From: Octopus sinensis | Taxonomy: Eukaryota | Direction: 5' to 3' | Length of the DNA: 64,000 nucleotides | NCBI RefSeq assembly: GCF_006345805.1 | Contig: NC_042998.1 | Location: forward strand, 48,360,001-48,424,000 | The notes under the pieces: generated by a model | The model's input: the letters and a program-made list of their open reading frames with translations, nothing else | Database searches by the model: none | Told to the model about the DNA's origin: nothing | Position numbers and translations under genes: made by a program | Shown here: positions 1-11,727 of the stretch, piece after piece | Layout: each line of letters starts with the position of its first letter | Position numbering within the stretch: the first letter of the stretch is position 1

Positions 1-120
1 AAGGCATGTATGGATATAATTGTGTTTATGTATGCATATATATGTATATATATATATATATATAATACATATATATGCACATATATATATGTATGCATAT
101 ATATATATAATATGTATGTG

Positions 121-165
<45 letters not shown>

Positions 166-280
166 ATCATACACATATATATATTTATATAGTTCTATAC
201 TTAAGAGATGAGGAATTACGTACATTATTTACATTATATATATTTAACGGATATTTGTCCTCATCTTGTTTGTTGCTAAC

Positions 281-325
281 ACAACGTTTCGGCTGATATA
301 CCCTCCACCCTTCATCGGCTGTCTT
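281..325 (-). ncRNA. Degenerate minimal type I hammerhead ribozyme
   Basis: Minus strand acag-CCGAUGA-a-gggug..cagcc-GAAA-CG-UU-gugu. The core has U4C and there are stem I/II mismatches. Confidence 0.45.
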
Positions 326-390
326 GGGATAATTTCGAACCTGGGTTCTCATTCCTTAGGTATTTTTCGATATTATTATTATTATCATCA

Positions 391-466
<76 letters not shown>

Positions 467-494
467 GTTGTTGTTGTTGTTGTTGTTGTTATTA

Positions 495-540
<46 letters not shown>

Positions 541-546
<6 letters not shown>

Positions 547-1525
547 TCGTAGTTTATTTTTATAGCGTGCTTTCACTTCACTACCGAGCGCAGCTCTGTG
601 TGCCTTGGGTATGTGCTGTGATTTGTGATGCTCTGATGGTTTGGTATGGAAAGTGTTCTGCGTAGGATGTGGTGCAGTGCCTAGTAGTGCAATTTTCTGT
701 ATGTTATATGTGTTTGTAAGTCCTGGTGTTTTTGTTATGTATTTGTCTGAATATTTTTTTATCATGCCTAATGCACCTACTATGATAGGAATTGTTTCTG
801 TTTTCAGATTCCACATTCTAGTTACCTCTATTTCCAGGTCTTTGTATTTTGAGAGTTTCTCCATTTCTTTTAGAGACACGTTGTCATCACCGGTATTGAT
901 ACATCAATTAGAAAGCATTTTTTTTTCTTCATGGTCTCTGACAACTATATCTCGGTCTGTTGGCCTTAATTTCTCTATCTGTGTGTATCGGCATATCCCA
1001 GAGTATGGTTGCTTTCTCGTTTTCTGTGACCTTTTCTGGTGTGTGCCTATACCATCTTTTTCTGTTGTTATTCATAATGTTGGCATAGCTTCCAATGTAT
1101 GTAGGTTCCAACTCTGTCATGTCTGTGAATATATTCCTTCTTAGCCAGGACTGGGCAGCTAGAGATAATATGATTTATTGTTTCTTGTCCATCTCCACAT
1201 ATTCTGCAGTTACTTGTAATATTTCTTTTCATTACATGTTTTTGGTAATTTCTGGTGGGGAGGCTTTGGTCTTGTGCTGCAATTAAAAATCCCTCTGTTT
1301 CTGCTTTGAGTCCTGAGCTTCTCAACCATTGCTGGGATTTTTCTTTGTCTATTTCTTTTGCGTTTAGTTTAGTGCAGTATTTACCATGAAGGGGCTTTTC
1401 TTGCTATCGTTTTATCATGGTTCGTTGCTGTTCTATTTTTAGTTTGGATTTCATTTGTTTTATAGCTTTTGTTGTTTCTTCATCTTCTTCTTCTTCTTCA
1501 TGTTTATTAGGTGGTATGATTTCTT
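541..1525 (-). mobile_element. 5'-truncated R4/Dong-clade non-LTR retrotransposon (CCHC knuckle + restriction-like endonuclease), frameshifted
   Basis: ORF pieces QWLRSSGLKAETEG..AAQDQSL..CRICGDGQETINHIISSC, LWDMPIHTDREIKANRP and KLSKYKDLEIEVTRMW..IPIIVGALG. The 3' end runs into (TAA)n at 365-540. Confidence 0.9.
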
Positions 1526-1561
1526 CTTCTTCTTCTTCTTCTTATTTTTATTTTATTTTAT

Positions 1562-1635
1562 TTTTATTCAGGTCACTTGTCGGAATGGAACTCTGAATCT
1601 TGGGGTTAGTAGCGTGCGCTCTTAACCACTATGCC
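1562..1635 (-). mobile_element. tRNA-derived SINE head
   Basis: Minus strand GGCATAGTGGTTAAG (A box) ... GAGTTCCATTCC (degenerate B box), followed by (TAAAA)n. Confidence 0.65.
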
Positions 1636-1674
1636 ATGTATATATATGCATGCATATATATATGTGTGTGTATG

Positions 1675-1711
<37 letters not shown>

Positions 1712-1725
1712 CATACACACCACGA

Positions 1726-1783
<58 letters not shown>

Positions 1784-2438
1784 CATATATATAATATTAC
1801 ATATGATGAGATAGATAGATATAGATATAGATATAGATATAGATATAGATATAGATAGAGAGATAGATAGATAGATTGATAGATAGGATAGATAGATAGA
1901 TAGATAGATAATACATACATACATACATACATACATACATACATACATACATACATACACACATACGTATATGCATACCTATCAGCTAATTACAACGTTC
2001 AAGGAAATAAGCAGCAGTAATTTCATAAATTAAGAGAGCAGACATCTCGTGGTTAGGAAGAAAACATCCTGAACAATAAAACATAAGAATACAAAATATA
2101 CAAACTTTGAAGTATATCATGTATCTACGGACTCTAGAGCGTGAATTAATTTCAGGAGATACTTGAGGAAAATAGAGATTTTTATGAAAGAGTCATTGGA
2201 TAAAAGAATATTTAAAAATCAAAAACAAACAAAAGTAAAATTTTTACTATTTGTATTTAGTTGAAAGGATATCGTCTCTGTATACTATTGATGTCAGTTG
2301 TAAGGAGTCAATATGGCGATCGGAGATAAAACTAAAATATCAGATGATGTCAAAACAGCAAGAAACGAATGAGACTACAAGTCTGAGGTTGTATTGAATA
2401 AAAATGAATAGTTTTTCAATGATGTAATAGAAACTCAC

Positions 2439-2550
2439 TTCCTTAATAGTGATGCCGGTAAAATTAATATCACAAATGGGTTTTCTTTTCAAACAAAGTA
2501 GAATTATAATTGACAATTGTTAGTTTTATTTATTTATTTACTTTTAAAAT
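2439..2550 (-). CDS. Weak candidate GAIN exon (degraded)
   Basis: tttttgttag|...AAGGAA|gtgagt. Fragments IKLTIVNYNSTLFEK and ENPFVILILPASLLR resemble the GAIN 'IxVxNL..PI.I.IP' segment. Confidence 0.25.
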
Positions 2551-2875
2551 CTAACAAAAATTAATGAAAAACTACAAATATCACTTTATTATAAAAGGCT
2601 TTGGTAGGATTACAGTATATAGTAAATATAGCTCACCTTCCTGTTTAGATAGCACTTTTTGATAAGAATATATTCGATTTTCGCAAAGAGGTCTCGCCTC
2701 AGTTTCCGATTCCTCAACAAAAGATCTAATCTTCTTAATATATATGATTTGTTGACTATATCTAATCTTCTCAATACATACGAAAGCATTGTTCGAGAGA
2801 ATAGCAACAATAACACGATATATATATATATATATATATAATATATAATATATATAGATAGATAGATAGATAGAT

Positions 2876-2915
<40 letters not shown>

Positions 2916-3452
2916 AAGATAGATAGATAGAAAGATAGATAGATAGATACATTCATACTTACATACATATATATGTATATATTATTATATATGATATATG
3001 TAGATATTATAATTTCATTATTATTATAATATATATATATATTATAAATATATATTATATATACTAAGGCAGACAGACATAAGTTTTTCGATTGCATTAT
3101 TTTTATCTGTCTCATGTGATGTTAAAAAATTAATTTTCAAAAATTCTTGTATGTATCAGCATTTCTAACTCCTTAAATTCTAAACATTGAATTTTGTTGA
3201 TATCTATGTGGTCTCTGACATCCTACATCTTATATCCCAACCAAATTATAAACACCAGGTCTTGATAAAGAATTTCAAAGGTCTCAAATCTTAAATGAAT
3301 TCTACTTTTTATTTTCTAAAGTTATGGGAAGGAAGAACTCATTACCTTTCATCCATTCAAGGACAATAACTATGTACCAGTCCAGGTTGCTGGACTGGTA
3401 AGAACGTCGGACTGGATACCTTGCATTATTTAATCCGCCTCTTTGCGTTCTG

Positions 3453-3700
3453 TGGAGGCGCGTGGCTTAGTGGTTAGGTTGTCAGCATCATGATCGTAAG
3501 ATTGTGGTTTCGATTCCTGGACCGAGCGACGCGTTGTGTTCTTGAGCAAAACACTTCATATCACGTTGCTCCAGTCCACTCAGCTGGCAAAAATGAGTAA
3601 CGCTGCGATGGACTGGCGTCCAGTCCAGCTGGGGAACACATACACCATTGAAACCGGGAAACTGGACCCATGAGCCTGGCTAGGCTTTAAAAAGGGTGCA
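3453..3700 (+). mobile_element. tRNA-derived SINE
   Basis: A box TGGCTTAGTGG, B box GTTTCGATTCC, then a conserved ttgagcaaaacactt...ccactcagctg domain. Confidence 0.85.
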
Positions 3701-3749
3701 TTTATTTTTTTTTCTTTGCGTTCTAGGATCAAATACCTCCATAACTTAC

Positions 3750-4041
3750 TTGTGAAAGCAGATTGAATTCACTGCCTGGTTTAACACCACAGATTGGTTA
3801 ACATTAGCGGAATCTACTCTTTCGTAAGCATTCGGGTTAGTTCACCGAATAGGCGATACCTCCATCCTTACTTCTACAAATCTCAGATGCCCTGAGAATG
3901 GCTAATGGGCATTGCCTTTTCTTCTGATACGATGGTGTTATTTGTTATGATGTATCAGACTCAGAATTGCAACCATTTGAACTTAGCGGGTAGATAAAGT
4001 CTTTGTGTCCTTCAGTAATAAACACTTGAGCTGCCTTCCAA
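3750..4041 (-). CDS. GAIN-like exon with about 3 indels and an in-frame TGA (3842-3844)
   Basis: attccttcag|TTGGAA in phase 0, ending at CACAA|gtaagt. Composite reading LEGSSSV/ITEGHKDFIYPLSS.../IITNNTIVSEEKAMP.../LRFVEVRMEVSPIR*TNPNAYERVDSANVNQSVVL. Confidence 0.5.
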
Positions 4042-4109
4042 CTGAAGGAATTTAGGCCTTTTCCGTCGAGCATGTGTATGTTACTGGATAAGAAAAGTTC
4101 CGAAAATGT

Positions 4110-4161
4110 ACTTTCATCCTCATCATCATCATCTTCGTCGTCATCATCATCGTCGTCGTCG

Positions 4162-4229
<68 letters not shown>

Positions 4230-4313
4230 ATCATCATCATCATCATCATCAGCATCAGCATCATCCTAATCATCATCATCATCATCATCATCATCCTCAT
4301 CATCATCATCATC

Positions 4314-4345
<32 letters not shown>

Positions 4346-4358
4346 CATTATCATCATC
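4110..4358. repeat. (CAT)n microsatellite
   Basis: Direct inspection. It produces the poly-His and poly-Met ORFs. Confidence 0.95.
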
Positions 4359-4845
4359 AGGTTGCGGTTGCTGTGATAAGAAGTTTGCTTCCCAACCACA
4401 TGGCTCTGAGCTCAGTCCCACTGCACGGAACCTTGCAAAAGTGTCTTCTACTATAGCCTATTGCCATGGGCCGACCAATGCCTTGTGAGTGGGTTTAGTA
4501 GACGGAAACTGAAAGAAGCTCGTCGTATATATATATATATATATATAATATATATATACATATACATATATATATATATGTGTATGTATATATGTGTGTG
4601 TGTGAGTGTGAGTGTGCGTGTGTGTGAGTGTGTGTGTCTTTGTGGCTGTGTTTGTCCCCCTCCCCACCACTTAACAACCGGTGCTGGTGTGTTTACGTCC
4701 TCGTAATTTAGCAGTTCGGCAAAAAAAGACCGATCGAATAAGTATCAGGCTTTAAAAAGAGGATTGGGTTTGATTCATTCAAAGTGATGCCCCAGCATGG
4801 TCGCAATCTAACGACTGAAGGAAATAGAAGATAAAAGATAAAATA
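4358..4845 (+). mobile_element. Composite SINE with internal (TA)/(TG) microsatellite and (TAAAAGA)n tail
   Basis: A homologous copy lies on the minus strand at 22185-22600. 3' modules also occur at 8330-8410, 30665-30795 and 49245-49392. Confidence 0.8.
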
Positions 4846-4934
4846 CTCAACCCTTTGCCTAACATATGTATCATCACACACGACAAGCAAAGGGTGAAAC
4901 GACAAAAGAAATTCAAACAGTTGTCTATACTTAC

Positions 4935-5063
4935 CATGTCGATTTCGCTTACATAGGGGTAGTACCCTGAAACAGCATTGACACTGGACATTAACTCTAA
5001 GATCTTAATCTCGGTGCTAAAATCGCTGATGTTGACCAACTTGTCAATACAAAGAGTAATTAT
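4935..5063 (-). CDS. Intact exon (129 nt, phase 0-0)
   Basis: tttgtttgttaccaaacag|ATA...GACATG|gtaagt. Encodes IITLCIDKLVNISDFSTEIKILELMSSVNAVSGYYPYVSEIDM. Confidence 0.7.
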
Positions 5064-5140
5064 CTGTTTGGTAACAAACAAACAAAAATGACAATAAGAA
5101 CAAAAGCAACAACAACAACAACAACAAAACAATAATAATG

Positions 5141-5204
<64 letters not shown>

Positions 5205-5206
<2 letters not shown>

Positions 5207-5760
5207 GCCCTGATGCAGTACTAGGCAGTGGCTCTCATGGCTTCTGATCTTAACTGATTGGAAGTGTTATCATGTACATTGTTTTGTCTTGGTATAAAAG
5301 ATGGGCTACAGCAAATATTCTGCTCAATACCACAGATTTGCTTGTCAGTTGTTTGACCTTAACCAGTTGAGCATGTCCCTTAGTGGCTGACGATATGTGC
5401 ATCTCTGATCACGAGCAGAAGTAGTGGGGGAGCATCATAGCCATGTGTTGAGAGGGATTCTTTGGGGTTTGAATAATTCACCTCTGGAAACATGGGTGGT
5501 TCTTTCAACATCCTTAAACAACCCTTATTCAGGGTCCTTTTGAGCGGGATGGGCTACTCAACCTGAAGAAAATTCTAACTGGGCCCCACCTGCAAGGTCA
5601 TGTGCTGTTTATCTTGATATGAAATTACCATGTCGCGCACATATGGTTGTGATGCATGTGCCTAGTGTACCCTTATCAGACGGGTAGTCATGATGGGTAT
5701 ATTGGGCTTCGTATATTTTACCCCAGTGTCACTTTGATGGCATGCACTGCTCTCTCACTC
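5205..5760. repeat. ~555-bp interspersed element embedded in (AAT)n
   Basis: A complex non-coding block with (AAT)n arrays on both sides. Its 3' part (agtgtcactttgatggc) recurs at about 32472-32505. Confidence 0.55.
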
Positions 5761-5815
<55 letters not shown>

Positions 5816-5819
5816 GAAG

Positions 5820-6270
5820 GAGATTTAAAAGGGCCCCCTGAGGCATTAGTGTGCAGCGCTCAGGAACAAGCTCTTAGAACAAACTACTCCAAATATCACT
5901 CTGATAAAAGCACTGTCTCACCACAGTGTAGGATGTGCTCTGAGAAGGCAAGAAGTATAAGTCGTATTGTTAGTGAGTGCTGTAGGCTCGCTCAACGCGA
6001 ATACAAAAGGAAACACAACAATGTGGCTAGATATGTTGTGCGGTAAAGCAAACCTTGAAAGAGCCGAACAATTGTATGAACACAAGTCAGAGGAAGTAAT
6101 GGAAAGCGAATATTACAAAATACTCTGGGATTTTAACATACAATGCGACCAAGTCGTAGAGGCAAGACGGCCAGATATATCGTGCTCATCCATAAAGATT
6201 GAAAAGAAGCAAAGTTAATAGATGTTGCAATACCAGGCGATTCGTGGGTGAAATGTAAGGAAACAGAAAA
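5820..6270 (+). mobile_element. Degraded R4/Dong-like LINE C-terminal fragment
   Basis: AQEQALRTNY..CRMCSEK..ILWDFNIQCDQVVEARRPDI spread over frames. It starts right after (AAT)n. Confidence 0.85.
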
Positions 6271-7005
6271 AGAGTGAATAGGGAGGCAGAAGAGGAGGAG
6301 GAGGAAGAGGTGGTGGGGGGAAGAATAGGGAGACAGAGGAGGAGGAGGAGGAGGAGGATGTGGTGGTGGGCGGAATAGGGAGGCAGAGGAGGAGGGGGAG
6401 GGGGTGGTGGTGGGCGGAATAGGGAGGCAGAGGAGGAGGGGGAGGTGGTGGTGGTGGGCGGAATAGGGAGGCAGAAGAGGAGGAGGAGGAGGAAGAGGTG
6501 GTGGGGAAGAATAGGGAGGACGAGGAGGAGGAGGAGGAGGATGTGGTGGTGGGCGGAATAGGGAGGCAGAGGAGGAGGGGGAGGTGGTGGTGGTGGGCGG
6601 AATAGGGAGGCAGAAGAGGAGGAAGAGGAAGAGGTGGTGGGGGAAGAATAGGGAGACAGAGGAGGAGGAGGAGGAGGATGTGGTGGTGGACGGAATAGGG
6701 AGGCAGAGGAGGAGGTAGTGGTGGGCGGAATAGGGAGGCAGAGGAGGAGGAGGAGGTGGTGGTGGGTGGAATAGGGAGGCAGAGGAGGAGGTGGTGGTGG
6801 TGGTGGTGGTGGTCGGAATAGGGAGGCAGAGGAGGAGGTAGTGGTGGGCGGAAGAGGGAGGCAGAGGGTGAGGAGGAGGAGGTGGTGGTGGGAGGAATAG
6901 GGACGCAGAGGAGGAGGTGGTGGTGGTGGTGGTGGTGGTGGTGGGAGGAATAGGGAGGCAGAGGAGGAGGAGGAGAAGAAGAAGAAGAAGAAGAAGAAGA
7001 AGAAA
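6270..7005 (+). repeat. Purine/G-rich minisatellite (GAATAGGGAGGCAGAGGAGG + variable GGA/GGT) ending in (GAA)n
   Basis: About 16 anchor motifs spaced 35-50 bp apart. Confidence 0.9.
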
Positions 7006-7021
7006 CGAAATAAGAACTTAC

Positions 7022-7186
7022 GGGAGTGAGTAGGTTTATTCTTTCTTCGCTATCGTCGTTGGAAATTTTAAACAACATCTCCTCAAAAGTTTCAGGTTCT
7101 TTTTTGCCGGCATCGAAGTCAATAAATTTACCCTGTACCATTTTCCTGGCATCGTATCCTAATTTCTGTAGAACACTTTTGATCGA
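7022..7186 (-). CDS. Intact exon (165 nt, phase 0-0)
   Basis: ctcag|TCGATC...ACTCCC|gtaagt. Encodes [55 protein letters not shown]. This explains the non-repetitive start of ORF 6215..7141. Confidence 0.65.
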
Positions 7187-7397
7187 CTGAGATTTTCATA
7201 TAAAACAGAAAGAAAAAAATCAAAACAATGGAAAGAAATTCGTTTGCAATTGCTCTCTCTTTCTCTATGTGTGCATGTATGTAGGTAGGTATGTACATAT
7301 GTAGATATGTATATACGTATGTACGTACGTATGCATTTAAGTTTGTACATATATACATACATATGTATATATATATATATATGTATATATGTGTATA

Positions 7398-7429
<32 letters not shown>

Positions 7430-7574
7430 ATACATACAATATATATGTATATATATATATATATATGTGTGTTGTGTGTGTGTGTGTATGTATTATATAT
7501 ATATATTATATATATATATATATTATATATATATATATATTATATATATATATAATATATATATATATATTATT

Positions 7575-7882
7575 TGAAGGCGCATGGCTCAGTGGTTAGA
7601 GCGTCGAGCTTACGATCGTGAGGTTGTGAGCTCGAATCCCGGACCGGGCTGCGTGTTGTGTTCTTGAGCAAGGCACTTTATTTCACGTTGCTCCAGTTCA
7701 CTCAGCTGTAGAAATGAGTTGCGACGTCACAGGTGCCAAGCTGTATCGACATTTGTCTTTCCCTTGGATGACACTGGTGGCGTGGAGAGGGGAGGCCGGT
7801 ATGCATGGGCGACTGCTGGTCTTCCATAAACAACCTTGCCCGGACTTTTGTCTAGGAGGGTAACTTTCTAGGTGCAATCCCT
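7575..7882 (+). mobile_element. tRNA-derived SINE
   Basis: A box TGGCTCAGTGG, B box GCTCGAATCCC, and the same central domain as 3453-3700. Confidence 0.85.
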
Positions 7883-7926
7883 TTATATATATATTCTATA
7901 ATTATAAGCATAATTATAATTACGGA

Positions 7927-8062
7927 TCAGCAAAACTTGCTTCACCACATACCGAAATTTAGAAATAGCAGCTATTATATATATAGGCTTCGAATGTTCC
8001 GTCCGTGTTTTTTGTATCGTCTTCTAAATGTTTTGCGTTCTTGTCCCAGTTTGTATTTTTAC

Positions 8063-8114
<52 letters not shown>

Positions 8115-8326
8115 AATATATATATAATCAATAATAATAATAAAGGGTAAAATGAACTAATTAATTAATAATTAATAATTTTACCAAGTAGTTCGGTATG
8201 TTAAAAGAACTATTATCGGTAATCTTATACAAAAATTGTATGATTATAAGCATAATTTTATGGTAGTGAAATAGTATTTAACTGCTATTTCTAAATTTCG
8301 GTATGTGGTGAAGCAAGTTTTGCTGA
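7927..8326. repeat. Perfect 45-bp inverted repeat pair, related to the terminal repeat of the 29.7-30.3 kb element
   Basis: 7927-7971 is the reverse complement of 8282-8326. ctatttctaaatttcggtatgtggtgaagcaa resembles ctatttctaaattcggtgtgtggtgaggcaa. 8130-8215 (-) resembles 29770-29840 (+). Confidence 0.75.
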
Positions 8327-9751
8327 ACCTGGGGTCGATTTTCTCGACTAAAGGCGGTGCTCCAGCATGGCCACAGTCAAATGACTGAAACAAGTGAAAG
8401 AGTAAAAGAGTATATTTATGTAAATATATATATGGATCTTTTCAATTCTGAAGCCAGTTTTTTCAAATTTTTCCTACTGAACCAAACAATTTGAAACTTC
8501 GTATACTGGTAGAATGTGTCAAAAGTAAACTTAATTGTAAACCAGAATGAAAACGGAATTGTAACTTCTAAGTTTAACGTTGTTTAATAATTAGAATTTT
8601 AACCAATGATATTCCGTCATTCGGCTTTATTTTATTTACTCCGTCTCGACCACCAATTTGGTGACGTTAATTAACATCTTAAATGTAAACAGACCGCATG
8701 TCTCCGTGAAATCTCCTTCTAATTATTTAACGTACTCATGTTTCCAGGATCCTATAGTCAGCCACCTTCTAATAACAATATTTAAAACTAGTTAATAAGC
8801 CACATGTATTAAATTGAAAATGTTTCCATTCTGTTAGTACTTGCTTTCGTTTGCTATTAAGAAGTGGCATCTCAGTGACGAGGCTTCTAACAAGATTTCG
8901 TTTCTAAGCTAATGCGTTTCATTTCACTTATTGTATTTATTTGTGCAAAAGGCAAGAAATTTAATATTAAAAAAGCAAAGAGCTGGCAGAAACGTTAGCA
9001 CGCCGGGCGAATGCGTAGCCGATTTCGTCTGCCGTTACGTCCTGTGTTTGTTTACAGTTTTCAAACGAACGTTAGTACGTCACAAAAGCGCTTTCTACGT
9101 CACACTAATAGAATGCAGTCAAGTTTTACACATGAAAACAAACAATCTGATTGGTTAAAATTCGCAGTTTTAATCTACGATTAAAGTCATAAAATAGATT
9201 TTTCTCAAATAAACTAGTTCCAACCTGTGTCTTGTTTTGCTAGACTCTATCAGCATACGAAGTTTCAGATTATTTAGTTAAGTAGAAAGATCTGTGGTCC
9301 TGGCTTCAGAATTGAAAAGATCCATATATATATATACACATACATACACACACATACATATTTATACTTATATACTTCTATTTGTGTGCGTGAGTGTGTG
9401 CATGGAGAGGGAGGGGAAAGGAAAGCGAGGAAGAGTCAAAAGGAGGTATTAAACAGGGAAAATTAAAGGACTTGGACAACGATAACCCATATACTCTCGT
9501 TTATGCATGCATACATATGTACAGGTATACATGTATATACGTATATAAGTGTATATATATGGCCTAGCGTAAAAAAATTAGTCAATAGACTATATATTAT
9601 TCATATACGATACAGTGATTTGGAATTCAACTGTCCTTTCTAGCGTAATGGATTCCTATGATGGAAGCCTCTTAATGTGTTTTAATGTACACTGTATCTT
9701 GTATACATATATATTTATGCATATACATATATGTGCATATATGTATATACA

Positions 9752-9784
<33 letters not shown>

Positions 9785-10079
9785 GTGCGTCTGTGAGCGT
9801 AAGTGGGAAACAGAATATGCTATTACACGTTTCAAGAGAGTGTGATTGACGTAGATGCATAATTAATACATTACACATTAAATTCAAAGAATCAACAATC
9901 AATTTCATGGTTAATTGCAAACATGCCTACACATCTACAACTAGTTGTTCTCTGAATATCAACGAAAAAATGCTGCAGATTTCATTCGCAAGTAAAGAGC
10001 AAATCAAATTGTGGCGAGTAGGAAGAACATTTTTATATCTCAAAAGAATGAGAGTAATCTCATCATAACCATTATTCCC

Positions 10080-10735
10080 TAGGAAGGAATTTCAACCGTG
10101 TTTCGAGGTCTGCTACCACAACAGCTCCTTTAGCTCAAGATATCATCAGGAGGAACCACGTCCAGTTTCGGCCCCTACTCCTCTACCATTTTGACGTGCC
10201 TTCCCCCCCCCCCGGTCTTTCGGAGGTGTCTTCAGCTCTGGTGTTAGGTGCATGTCTTCTTTCTTCTTCTTTCTTCTGTTCCCTGGCCTCTTCGATGTAG
10301 CGTCAAGGAGTGTCAGCGGGCGACTGACTGACTTGTCAAATTTTAAATACTTGCTGCTATCTTTAAATACTTGCTGCTAGGCTTCAGCAGGCAGCCCCAT
10401 CAAGTTGTCACGTGACACTGTCTCAACTTTAACTGACCAATGAAGGCGCGTAGTCTTAGCCCACGCATTCTCTAAACGACCGTCACCTGTCAATCAGCGA
10501 AGCTAATTCAGTGTCAGCTTGTCTCACCAAGTGATGTTATTTTCCGCCGGTATGTTATGACTTTCAAGCCATTTTTGGTCTTCCCGCTTCAGCGATATAT
10601 AGAAGCTGGCTTTTTCGGCCGCCTCCTGTATTACTGCTTCGAGTCCTAGGACGTATATGAGACCGGGATCAGGACATTCCTCCCAAACGAGACTCCAGTC
10701 TGCTACAGGGTTATTCTGAATGGACTGATGCAATG
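10080..10735 (-). mobile_element. Penelope-like element 3' fragment (GIY-YIG C-terminus + pseudo-LTR-like tail)
   Basis: ORF 10524..10733 ADWSLVWEE..VLGLEAVI..SFYISLKRED resembles the DW...E.....LEA..I....N end of PLE endonucleases. Confidence 0.45.
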
Positions 10736-11314
10736 AAAAATGAAGTTTTTTTGCTTAAGAGTTCAACGCACCGCTCGGTTCAGCAGTCGAAGCCATGATC
10801 TTGTGATCGTGCAAACACTCTAACCAAAGCTGCGTGTTTGTTCCTTGCGAGGGTGATGGAATAAAGGGCAACGGGAGGAAAAATCTACGATTCTTTTGTT
10901 ACAGATGTAGAAAGCGTCCCTTCTTCAAAATATTGGTTTCAAATTTTGGCACAAGTTCGTAGGAGGGAGTAAGTCGATTATATCAACCCCAATACTCAAC
11001 TTGGTACTCGTTATATCGACCCCGAAAGGATGAAAGACAAAGTCAACCTCGGCGGAATTTGAATTCAGAACGTAAAAACGGTCGAAGTGCCACTAAGATT
11101 TTGCCCAGCGTGTCGATGATTCTGCCAGCACGCCACATTAATACCTTCTTCAAAAAATCATGATATTATAACACTCGAGATCTAGCATGAATGCATGCAA
11201 CAGAATGGCCTCCCTTAAAAGTACCAGGGAACACACCCCACCACCTACAAAATATACTACAGCGGAAAACGATGCCGATTTACAATAAAGTAGGGTTGTT
11301 CGTGATAATAATAG

Positions 11315-11727
11315 GATCTTTTCGGTTTGAACGACAGTTTTTTAAAATAATTTCCACGTAACTAAACACTTTTAAACTTCGTATACTGGTAGAATGGGTT
11401 TATAAAACATCTTTTTCTCTTGGCTTTATTGAGAAAATTGTATAGTTTGTAAGATATTTGTTGTTTCTTTTTCTTCAATTTCTGCAATTTCAACCAATCA
11501 ATGACGTCTATTGAGGTAAAAACATTCTGTGCCGTATGAATACAGATTGGGTTTATTTACATCTGTGAAGAAAAAAAGATACCCTTCCCTCCACCCTTAA
11601 CCCTAACCCTAACTAACCCTAACACTAAAACAGATTGAAATGCGATAGATCGATACTAGGGTCATAATTATGGGCGACAATTTCATATGACACCGCTAGA
11701 AAAACTGCCGTTCAAACCGAAAAGATC
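11315..11727. mobile_element. MITE with 27-bp TIRs and an internal (CCCTAA)-like tract
   Basis: gatcttttcggtttgaacgacagtttt / aaaactgccgttcaaaccgaaaagatc. Related bodies lie at about 8430-8700 and 21140-21420. Confidence 0.8.

Noticed and set aside
10-192. IY/YI, MYVC, HT and poly-I/L/N/Y ORFs throughout the window
   Set aside because: Frame artefacts of di-, tri- and tetranucleotide microsatellites.
3453-3530. tRNA gene (also 7575, 44810, 46990, 1562)
   Set aside because: A and B boxes are present but no complete cloverleaf was found, and each runs into a SINE body or linker.
4052-4456. Poly-Met and poly-His ORFs
   Set aside because: They are translations of a (CAT)n microsatellite.
6215-7021. 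Pro/Ser/His-rich remainder of the 308-aa ORF
   Set aside because: It lies past a GTAAGT donor at 7021 and is the minisatellite read in frame. Only 7022-7186 is exon-like.
10085-10156. Minus-strand CTGATGA...GAAACACGGTT
   Set aside because: Stem I and the base of stem II do not pair. At best a dead relic.
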